A DNA stretch of 64,000 bases, taken from Antedon mediterranea. Its lineage: Eukaryota > Animalia > Echinodermata. The translations under genes and the position numbers were made by a program. Shown one piece after another: positions 25,596-64,000 of this stretch. The notes below the pieces were generated by a model. The model did not search any database. It was given only the letters and a program-made list of their open reading frames with translations, and was not told the DNA's origin. The stretch covers positions 18,166,001 to 18,230,000 of the forward strand of contig NC_092671.1 in the NCBI RefSeq assembly GCF_964355755.1. Direction: 5' to 3'. Position 1 is the stretch's first letter. Each line of letters opens with the position of its first letter.

Positions 25596-26886
25596 AAGGT
25601 ACCTTTACTATTTACAAAAAATGTTTTAATAATGTAAAGTTGCCTTAAAGTCTACCATTTTTATGATTTCATCTTTATCAAGTATAGGTATGACACACCA
25701 TGTGTGCCACAATGCTTTTCTTTTAAGAATATTAAGCTGAAATCCCGTCTTAAATCTACACCAAATTATACCTAATAATATTGTAAAGTATGTTGGATGA
25801 CAAAAAATCATGTTTTGATATTTTATTGCACATAAGCATGTTATCAAAATACAAAATATAACAAAAATTAATATTGACATTGTAAATATTTAGAATTGCA
25901 CAAAAACAAACTTCATATTTATATTCTCTATCTCATATTTTCTATATATTATGTATACATTAAAAAACTAAAATTGTGTAACTGTTATCAATTTGTATTG
26001 CAACAAAAATATTAAATTAGGCTTTTTAAACAGTTTATAAGCATACATTTTCTGTGTATGACTTTGTATTTAAGTTTTAATTTGCATAAAATGCGTTTCA
26101 TAGCTTTTACATGGTTAGCTTATTATCATATACTTAATGAAACAAATTACAGTATATTTTTTAAAATAATAATCAAATATTTTACAAAAATATTACTATT
26201 TACAATCTTAAAGTGTCTTTGATCCAATGAAAAAAATCACTTTCTTTTTACATTTGAAATTTTTAATATAAAGCGTATCAAAAATGTTTTTAATTTGCAA
26301 TGTACAAATCATAGAATTGACTTGATGCACAGTTTAACATCCCTCCCGTTGCTTTCTGTATTGCTTTTAAGTATTTTAAAATTGTTAGATGTTTTTCCTT
26401 TTAAATTTAATTACTCATTTTCTATTTTTGTTAGGTTGGACATATTGGTTAGAATAAATTATTCACACTCCAAAAATATCTTTGAACTGCATTTAGAAGA
26501 TGCCAGCTTGCTTTTTGATATCACATATGATGTATGTGGTTAGATCAGGGACAACAACACTTTATTATTGTTTCAGATAAATTATTTTAACCATAACAAT
26601 AATATAAAATATATCGTTTTCCAGGAATGATATATAAAGTATAAACAATCATGTCATTTAATAACAATACAATTATGTTTTTTAATGTAAAACTATAATT
26701 AGGCATTTGCCACAGTGCTAAGACTAATACCCTTTTCACATCGGCAAAACTTGTAACAAGTTGTAACAATTTACACAGATGTGAAAAGGGTCTTATTATT
26801 GGAATACAGTGGGTATTTACTAGCTCCTGTAAATACAGAGATGGTTAATTCGGTCACTATAGACCTCATTTGGTAAATGACATTTG

Positions 26887-54354
<27,468 letters not shown>

Positions 54355-54630
54355 CTTCATTAGTGCCATCAACATGCAAGACAAAATAAAATTAAAGACA
54401 CTTTTTAAAGTCACTCCTGAAAATACATGTCTTCTAAGTTTAAATTTTTAAGTTTTGTGACCCAATAATTATTATGACGAGAAATAAATAAGTTCGTTGA
54501 CTATATTATATATATATATAAATCATACTGTAAATTATAGAAACAGTGCTCATATTCGGAATGATCTCATAATCGCGTCGAGCATAGCTCATTGGCGAAA
54601 GTTCCATATTTTTTAGTTGTATGAAAAAAT

Positions 54631-54701
54631 GTCTCTGGCTGGATTCGAACCTGCAACCTCTCGCTTACAGGGCGAGTATCATACCACTAGACCACAGAGC
54701 C
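54631..54701 (-). tRNA. tRNA-like sequence (Pro-like body, TGT anticodon); probable pseudo-tRNA or repeat-associated Pol III unit
   Basis: GGCTCTGTGGTCTAGTGGTATGATACTCGCCCTGTAAGCGAGAGGTTGCAGGTTCGAATCCAGCCAGAGAC has intact A and B boxes and a cloverleaf with one mismatch each in the acceptor and T stems. Position 33 is C rather than U. It is followed by ATTTTTT. Confidence 0.6.
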
Positions 54702-56121
54702 ATGTATGGTATTATCACAGATTTTCACCCACCAGATACATTCTCTCACACAACAAACGCCCTCACAATCAGTGGAGGCTTAACAAGTCAGAATAAATTC
54801 CAACTTTAATTCGCAACGGTTTTTTAAATAATATTGTGTATATGTAAATCAATGATGTTGCGTAGCACTGTGTAAATTATATATAAATCATACTGTAAAT
54901 TATAGAAACAGTGCTCATATTCGGAACATGATCTCATAATCGCGTCGAGCATAGCTCATTGGCGAAAGTTCCATATTTTTTAGTTGTATGAAAAAATGTC
55001 TCTGGCTGGATTCGAATATATATATATATATATTTTCATATATGAAAAGAGTTCTTGCATGAGTTTCCGTTCAGATTATATTCGACAAAAACGGAACTGG
55101 TTGGTTTCGGTGGAACGAGAAATCAATATTTCGTCATGACTTATAGGCACTTCATAACTAATACATGTGCTTATAAATTAATCATAACTTTACAAAGAAC
55201 ATGCTGATACTTTAAATTTATTTAATACCATCTTCAGTTGCCCAAAACGGAAATACTTCCTTACTGTATTGATCCGTTCAGACGGACATAACGTAACTTA
55301 ATATCTACAGATAAGATATGATATTTTGTAAATAGTTAATAAAAGTTTTTAAGTAGTTAAATATTATGTTATCATCTATATTGTATGGTAGGTCTTTACG
55401 CAAAGCAACCCTTTCCTAAACAGAAAATGTGTTTCATGAAGTTATTGCCTATATAACAATGGTTATTTCCCAACACACTTAAGTGTAATCCTTGCAATTT
55501 GATTGGTTAATTTCACGTTATATTGCACGGTAACGTTATATTTAATAGTTATATAACATGGCATGGAAAATTTTACCGCAATTCACTACCATTATATGCT
55601 TATCTATAAATTGGGATGCAAACGAAATTATTTTAAGAAATTATTATTTGTATGAGAGCACTTCTAATTGTACGCATGCGCAAAATCAAATTTATACGAC
55701 CTTGTCTAAACATCTTACATACATTATTTGGTTAATTTTTAGGCTGTATAGTGCTGTATAAGATTTCTTAATGATAGATTTTTAATTTACAAGGGACAAT
55801 GTCCGCTTTAGCAGTAAAGCATTCGACTTTTGTAACTCCTTTACTAAAGTAGCTATTTCGTCAAGTGGTACTTTACTCTCTCCTACTGTACGGTTGTTAC
55901 ATCATTTGTATTGTCAGATATTGTTTTCCCGTTTGAATTAAGTAATTTGAATCGAGATTCAAAATAGTTTATAAGAATTGATTGATACATACTTTTATCT
56001 TTATCAGAATAAAGAAATTCTAAATTGACGTTTATAAATCGTGGTTCCCGCTAGAACGCAACGCAGCGACGTAACAGTGCTGCAAACATTTGTTTCACGC
56101 AGGCGAGGCAAACACAATTAT

Positions 56122-56741
56122 TACCTCCGCCAAGGAGGTTATGTTTTCACCCCTGTATGTTTGTGTGTGTGTTTGTGTGTGTGTTTGTGTATTTGTGTGT
56201 GTGTTTGTGTGTTTGTGTGTGTGTCTGTGAACAGCCTGGAGGCCACAGTTTTTATCCGATTCTAACCAAATTTGGACACAATGATCTATGCCCAAAAAGC
56301 TTGGACGAGTTCGAATTTGAGAGGGAAAGGTCATAGGTCAAGGTCACAACTAACAAAAAACTATTTTACTGCCTAGAGACCACAGTTTTGATCTGATTGT
56401 CACCAAACTTAGCCACAATGATCAATGACACATCATATAATTGTGGTTAAATTTTGAAGGGTCAGGGTCAAAGATCAAGGTCCACAAAAAAAAAAAAAAA
56501 GAAATAAAAAAATAATTAAAAAAAAAACCCTCAGTGGGACTTGAACCAGCGATCGCAACTGTGAGAGGTGGATACTTAACCATTACACCACACTGTCATC
56601 CACAACTTTGTAGTGTGCAGTTAACATATTTACACTTAGAACTAATAAAAAAAAAATGTAAAAAAAAAATATTCTGGGGGCATTTTATGTAGGGGAATTT
56701 TACAGTAGGCGGAGGTTTGTACTCTCGGAGTACCCTCTAGT
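56122..56741 (+). mobile_element. HINE (DINE-1-like)
   Basis: 5' subTIR/IR acctccgccaaggaggt, a (GT/GTTT)n microsatellite, 3' subTIR ggcggaggt, stem-loop gtactc-tcg-gagtac, a CTAG-TT end and TT flanks. Confidence 0.85.
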
Positions 56742-57893
56742 TATTATTATTTCTTACGTTGCGTAGGTTGCGTTATGTTGCGTCGCTAGTTAAAATCAAA
56801 TACGAATGAACTGAGTGAAATACTTGACTAAACGCAGAGTTAAAATACATAATTAGCAAAATTGTATTTGTAAATACTCGCATCTCAACACTAACGTTTG
56901 CAAAAATGAGTTTACTTATTATTTTTTGTTAATGACACTCTTCGCCACAATAAGTAGATGTTTGAACTTATCCAAACTAATGTCCATTGTTCTTGGTAAA
57001 CTTTTCGAAATAATCGTTATTCCATACTGTCGACAAGTTAATCCGAGTAATTTCAATCTCATTTGATTCAAGTGTTGCCATTTTGATTCATCCATATGGC
57101 AAGATATAGAACGTTATACATCATTAATTTTCTTTAGAATTGACTTAATGACAAAGTCTCTACCATACTAATTTTGAACAAAGTCATTAACGGTCAACTT
57201 CAGTGTGGAAACGGGTATCTTCAAACGATTATTATGAACACGAATAATACTTTCACAAAATAGTAGATCGCTATAGGAGGCCTTGGTCGGGCCTTTTTAA
57301 TTTACACAGATTTTTTTTAAAGAAAGCCCTGAATTATAAGTTAACCCATTGGACTAAACCTGAAGGGTTCCCTTCTTGATGGTTGAACAAATCCGAGGTT
57401 CTAAATGACATTATTTTACTTATTTGCACTTTAATTATAAATCAATGTTTAATCACTTTTGTTGACATTTATAAATTCATTTTAATTTAATTCACGGTTT
57501 AGTTTGAACTACAGATTTTAATTTTCTTTTATATTATTCTATTCCGTAGTCCGTCGAGTGTATTACGGTGGCACTGTAAAACACTAAAATGTCGTTTTTC
57601 CGCGAGACAAACAGACGCGTTATTGTTCCGCATCTAAAAACGAAGATATATCTTAGTTTGAGTAGTCATCTTTCTGAACTACAGGCCGGGCATAAAATAT
57701 TTACATAATTTTTCAATTTTACCCGATAATTAAATTTTCAAAGTCCGCATGAATGCATGTTTAATGCAGAAGTAACGTAACCATTTAAGAGTGGTTATAT
57801 ATTGTATGCTAATAAGTTTGTTACTTAAATGAATGACTAAGCGGTACCTTAACGATGGGAATAATGTATTAATATCGGCAAGAGAATACTTAC

Positions 57894-57924
57894 CGGGATG
57901 AGGATGAATGCCACTGGCAACTAT
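57894..57924 (-). CDS. Candidate small upstream exon of the receptor PTP
   Basis: tttcctttcag|ATAGTTGCC...CATCCCG|gtaagt: 31 nt encoding IVASGIHPHP. It ends in phase 1, matching the mucin-like exon. Supported by splice signals only. Confidence 0.45.
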
Positions 57925-60900
57925 CTGAAAGGAAATGCAAAAATACATTAGGCACATCTTAAAAATTAATTAATTACTCAGTATTGTTAGGAACTCTGTT
58001 CTTTGTAGGGCGCCATATAAAAACCTGTATAGAATAGAATAATAATCTTTAAGTGAATCAGAAGAAGAACAATACCGCTATTTTCTTCATACCCTTTGTA
58101 GTTAAAACGCTTCGGGATAATAGGTAGGCCTAACTCTTGAATAAGACAATTTGCAGTATAGTATTCGCTGGAGTTGCAGTCACGAGAGCACGCGACCAAA
58201 ATATAAAATGTTGATTAATTGCAGACCTAGATGTGGTGAACTCAACCCTAGAACGGTGCAACTTCGTTGTGAACCATACTCATCGTTAAGTTTATCAGGA
58301 AACTGTGAACATTCTGTCATGTGCCTAACATGTCATGTTTATGCCAGGGGCATCCGACTCTTTTTAACCTAATCAAATAAAAACATGAATGTTGTCTGGA
58401 TTTAGAATATGTGATTGAAATGGCGCCAATAAGATAAATATACTACCTTGTTAATACTAGCAAAGCTGTCAACTAAGGACTCACCTAACACATAATGTTG
58501 AATGTAAATAAATACGATTTTAAATGTATCGGGATAAATTTGTTTTTACAGATGTTGCAATGCAATAACAACAGCTCGTCTACTCCAATGAGATACAATA
58601 AAGATCACTTTTCTAAAAAGTGAATAGGTTGGGATCGATTGGATATATCTGAATTCTACAATGTCATAAAAATTGCTACATACTTTGATATCTAAGAAAA
58701 TCTAGTAAAATACAGATAATTGTTTCACACTACAGCATGTACAGTATAATGAAATGTGTAAAATTGTTTTGTACCGCTAGCTTTACTTGCCATTAAAAAT
58801 ACCATAAAGTATTTTAACTATTTAGGCATAGCTCATGCGTGTTGGAACCGATTATAAAACATAAAGCTACTTAAAATGAAAAAAATAAGAAACTATAGGA
58901 TAACCATATGCTGTACGGTTTGAATCAAATCAAATGACGTCATGATCAATAAGAACAATATAGTCATTGTATCGTCACGATATTATTATACAAATCATGA
59001 TTGATTAGACTGTGAAATTATTATTTTCATCAAATGCAGCATAAATGGTTATCATATAGTTTTTCTAATTTATATTTTATGTATATGTATATTTATCTTA
59101 TAGCTATCGTCCTAGCATAAATAAGCCTAGTCAGTAGGTCTACTAATATTGCTTCTCCTTTCTTAAACAATTTTGTATAGCCTATTCATTAGAATTTATT
59201 TATACGGTCTTTGTGGACAGCTCGCGTTAGATTCTTTGCGCTAAACTAGGACGAATAAAATAAGTACACTCACACAAGCGCACAGAGTAAATCTTCGGCA
59301 TACGTGCATAACTCAGAGTAGGCCTATAATGATACAGTAGAGTATAAGTAAAATGTGTGTATGTTTTGCTTTGAAAATTACATGAATGTAGGCCTAACAT
59401 AATCCAACGCGAGAATAAGCAACTGTAGTAACGACCGCTGTCTTTAATCACCGTTTTTAAGAGCACGAAAGAATCAAAATCTAAACATACTTTCTAAATA
59501 TCAACATTTTGTCATTGAAAAAGTGTCAATTTGCATACGAGTGTATTTTTCTTCATTGGCCACTCATCATAATGGTATTTCGGCATACCTTTGACAAATT
59601 AAGCATGTAATGAACATATTATTGTTATTGCAAACATTATTGTTATTTGACAGGGATAAGTTTCACCTCTTGCAGGCCATGTGTGGTTCATTCCATGCCA
59701 TTACACACCGATTTTATCCGCCTAGTGAATACACAAGAAATCTGTGGATCGGTTTCAACGCCTGCTGTGTCTAGAAAAACATATTTAGCAACGGGCTTCT
59801 GAATATCCGATATTTTGTTTAATTCAATTACCTGTGGATTCCACTGATTTCTAGCTGTCATTTACACTTTCAATAACCCTTGTGAAATCAATAGAATAAC
59901 AGAGCTTTGCACGTTCTAGGCAATCACCTTTTTGTAGGGTAAAGGTTTTGAATCATAATCATTGAAAGCCCCATGGTTATAATTATGTTACCATTTCTGT
60001 ATGATATCAACAACGACAGCTTCATGAAGGTATGTTCAAGAAAATGACGTATTACCTATACCACTAATTGGATTACACATTAATGTCCTCTTACCTCTGA
60101 CTTACCTACATCATGTTGATAAGTAATTTTATAGGTTAAAACTGTAAAATAACAGGCTAAATAGGACTATACGTTACTTTCTAGTTTCTGTAAATCCAAG
60201 GAAACACAATTTTGCTTTGCAAACTCCGTGTTTGTTCTGAAAAAGTCTGTGGTGCCTATTAAGGTCTACCAGAGTTACTGGAAAATGTCATTGTCAATGT
60301 CAACTATAACTAGCTACTGTACAACGACGATTTTCACACCTCTAAGCAAACTAGTTTAACGGTAACTTTTGTGAACTCTCACTAAACTTGCTAGCTTTGG
60401 AAAACGTTTCTTTTCAGGCACTGAGTTTGCAAACTAAATTTCCTAAACAGGATTTAAAGTATAGCAGTTTGGTTTCAATTCGGTTCGGAAAACGGAATAT
60501 TAAATTTAAAAACAAAATGACTGTGACAGACAAAATTAGTGGTTCACGAGTGGGACCTTATATTTTTTTACTCCTAATTTGAATATTTCAGATCTCATTT
60601 GCATATTCCATTGTGTGACCGAGGTGTGATCATTTTGGAATGTCATCTCATACTATGTGTTAAGCCAGGGAAGATCACTACACTATTTTCTAGTTATTAT
60701 TACTTTTTTGGTTGTTGCTTTGTTTGACTATTGTTTCAAATTAAGCATTGTAATGGTGATTACGTCATTTATTTGGGACAAAGCAATGTAACAAATTTTA
60801 TTATTTTAATAGTTGAGGGTATTCTCTAAAGGCATATATTTTGCCTAATTAGGTTTACAGAACCTTTTATGTTTTTAGGCAGTGAAGAGTGTTTTAACAC

Positions 60901-61479
60901 GCGCGAAAAGGCCATGATAATGTGTGAGATAGGGAAGAGTTACCTGCTCATCAGGGATTACACTAATTGCATAGGCGGTTATATTTTCACGCCATGAGTT
61001 ACTGACTACGATCATTGCTTGATATATTCTTCGTAACAGTATATTTGATACATCATACAATTACATGAGTTAGTTTTAATGGTAGGCCTACATAGTCGCA
61101 AGTGAAATATTGATATCGTGTCTATCTGCTTCTTACAGATGAGAAGTAATTTAAATTAATACACTCTATTGGCAACAGTTACAAAAATATCATTCGGTAG
61201 GCCTATTTTTATAGATTAGACTATTTTGAAAGAACAATTTTTCCTCAAGAGATATTTCATATTATTATTATCATGTTATACGTTTAAATATTATTATAAT
61301 GTGTTGAAATACGAGACACTAACTCATGTCTATCGCAGATATTATCTTCTAGAACAAGGCAATTATACTGTCACTCTCAAGGATTCGATTACATATTTTG
61401 ACAGAAGATGACATGTTTTAGGTGGCTACTGACATGGATCCGATTACATAAATCATTGTTTTTAAGTTTTGATAGGTTA

Positions 61480-62397
61480 TTGTTTGATTGATAGATGATT
61501 GTTGGATTGATCGGTTATTGTTTGATTGATCAGTTATTGGTTTGATTGATCGTTTATTGGTTTGATTGATCGTTTATTGGTTTGAATGATAGGTTATTGT
61601 TTGATTGATATGTTGTTGATTTGATTGATAGGTTATTGGTTTGATTGATAGGTTATTGGTTTAATTTAATAGGTTATTGTTTGATTGATAGGTTATTGTT
61701 TGATTGATAGGTTATTGTTTGATTGATCAGTTATTGGTTTGATTGATCGGTTATTGGTTTGATTGATCGGTTATTGTTTGATTGATATGTTATTGATTTG
61801 ATTGATAGGTTATTGGTTTGATTGATAGGTTATTGGTTTGATTGATAGGTTATTGGTTTGATTGATAGGTTATTGGTTTGATTGATAGGTTATTGGTTTG
61901 ATTGATAGGTTATTGGTTTGATTGATAGGTTATTGGTTTGATTGATAGGTTATTGGTTTGATTGATAGGTTATTGGCTTGATTGATAGGTTATTGGTTTG
62001 ATCGATATGTTATTGATTTGATCGATAGGTTATTGGTTCGATCGATATGTTATTGGTTCGATTGATAGGTTATTGGTTTGATCGATATGTTATTGATTTG
62101 ATTGATAGGTTATTGGTTTGATTGATATGTTATTGGTTTGATTGATAGGTTATTGTTTGATTGATAGGTTATTGGTTTGATTGATCGGTTATTGGTTTGA
62201 TTGATATGTTATTGGTTTGATTGATCGGTTATTGATTTGATTGATATGTTATTGGTTTGATTGATAGGTTATTGGTTTAATTTAATAGGTTATTGTTTGA
62301 TTGATATGTTATTGGTTTGATTGATCGGTTATTGATTTGATTGATATGTTATTGGTTTGATTGATCGGTTATTGGTTTGATTGATATGTTATTGATT
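61480..62397. repeat. 19-20-bp minisatellite, about 0.9 kb
   Basis: Tandem ttgattgataggttattggt units with minor variants. Confidence 0.97.
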
Positions 62398-64000
62398 AAA
62401 CGATTAATTTATCAATCAATCATCTTATCGTTAATCGAATACTGCAGTATATTACTGATTCAATCGATTTATTCTGTCGTAATATATTGAAGTTATAAAA
62501 TGTGTAAATTTTAATTTGACAATGATGAGAGAGGCATATACAAAATTATAATATTGCTTCTCCACTGCGATAAGAACATGAGGAAGGCGTAGTCGTTCAA
62601 ATTCGGTTTCCAAATGGAAGTTATTGACAGATCAATAGCATTACACGTCATTTTATTATACATAATTTATTCGATTGGTCTGGGTGGGTCCTGTTTTGTA
62701 ATTCCCCACTGCTGAGAATCACCCAAATTGCTAAATATTCAAACGGATGTTCTGATAAAAATAATATGTTGTTGATATATAATTTTATTAGTCTATTTTG
62801 CAAAATGCAAACTGTTGATAATGAATTTACATTTCGCAAATCATTGGCAATGAGAAAATGTACCATAAATAAAAAATATGGCTAAATATTGTGCAGAGAT
62901 CAAAAGAAAATCGCTATGTCAAATTTATATCATAAGCATGCTTTCTATTTATTTTCTTCATACAATTGTATAAAACTCGAAAAATAAATGTTAACTCTTA
63001 GTAAAGCTTTAATAATGCTGTGATGTGTTTTCACTAGTAATGAATCGCCTTTGCAATGCTGTATCGGCATAAATTTGCAAATTAACGGCAGGCGGAAGAA
63101 TGATGTATCGTATATTATTGTCACACTTTTACTATAGTTTTTCTTTTCACTCTGAGGAAACGTGGTTTTATATCTTCGAAGTGCAATATTTTATTTCCAA
63201 TTCTGTCACAAAGGATTATAATTTTCTGAATGGATGTCAGTACACATGCAGATGTGCATAAAACACTTGAACACTGTAATAAAAAGTACAGTTTCTTGTT
63301 GCTAAAACCTGAAGCGGTGTTATCCATAATGAGTTAAACTCCGTTGGGAAAACTAGCCATTTTTTTATATCTTTGATGTATTCCGTATTGAGAGACATAT
63401 TAAAAATTAACACATATTAGAAACTGAATGTGCTTTTTATCAATTGTAAGCTTATTGAGTTTGCTGTTTTTTCGAGCCTATACATTTCTAAGATACAGTT
63501 CTAAGAATTCATAAATAAAAACCATTAAACAAATTCAGTTTTTTTGAAACAATATAGTATAATCAGTATATTGACGTAGCCTACTTTTTAAATCTCAATT
63601 TTGTTTCCTTTAAAAAATATCTCGATATATGTATATAAATAAATGTAATTTCTCAGGATATCACACTGTTACCACCGGCCTGCGATAACGAACATTTCGC
63701 CGAGTGACTCCCGTGAGACGGGCAGGACTCATTAAATAACGTAATTATTGCTATAAATATAAATAATGTTCGTAGATAAGACTACTCGGTACCTGGAACT
63801 CCGAGGGACAAAACTGTTAGGCCTATATTTCATTGATATTAAAAATGTACATCATTTTTAAAGTTAACGTGTTATACGTGTTTGTTCTATGTATCTGACC
63901 CCATTTACTTCGTATTAGCAGTAATTAGTAGTCTAGCTTTTCTGACGTATAGTTCCTGTTACAATACCTCAATTCTAATGAAATACAGTCTAAGCAAATG

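Noticed and set aside
58219-58283. Possible plus-strand micro-exon of a nested gene
   Set aside because: Only weak splice-like signals, no partner exons and no recognisable peptide.
61480-62397. Regular short repeats that could be mistaken for a CRISPR array
   Set aside because: Head-to-tail units with no unique spacers, in a eukaryotic context with no cas genes; an ordinary minisatellite.

Overview
AT-rich, intron-dense eukaryotic DNA. The gene models and repeat types point to an invertebrate deuterostome, probably an echinoderm (inference only). Six protein-coding loci were reconstructed by hand from splice sites and reading-frame phase: (1) the 3' half of an SLC4 band-3/AE anion exchanger (+, 28-2671); (2) TCP11-like (-, 4883-11631, non-coding exon 1 near 13327); (3) a RING-less B-box/coiled-coil/filamin/NHL TRIM gene with two frameshifts (-, 14077-15834); (4) CUEDC2 (-, 18065-22241), head-to-head with (5) mitochondrial SSBP1 (+, 22986-25595); and (6) an R3-type receptor tyrosine phosphatase with a mucin-like exon, about 10 FN3 repeats, a TM helix and one PTP domain (-, 26887 to at least 54354; 5' end not located). 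Introns hold many non-autonomous elements: two MULE-type MITEs with 9-bp TSDs, a hAT element with an 8-bp TSD carrying a satellite array, a pogo/Tigger MITE, three Helentron-associated HINEs, Harbinger-like MITEs, SINE/LINE fragments, tRNA-like sequences and a Penelope-type minimal hammerhead ribozyme. The most striking unexplained signal is a set of short TA-anchored motifs (TAGGCCTA, TAGCCTA/TAGGCTA, TACTGTA/TACAGTA, TACGGTA). They pile up near promoters, form mixed concatemers and palindromes, and distinguish the two copies of the same MITE. All coordinates and counts were read by eye; no searches were run.
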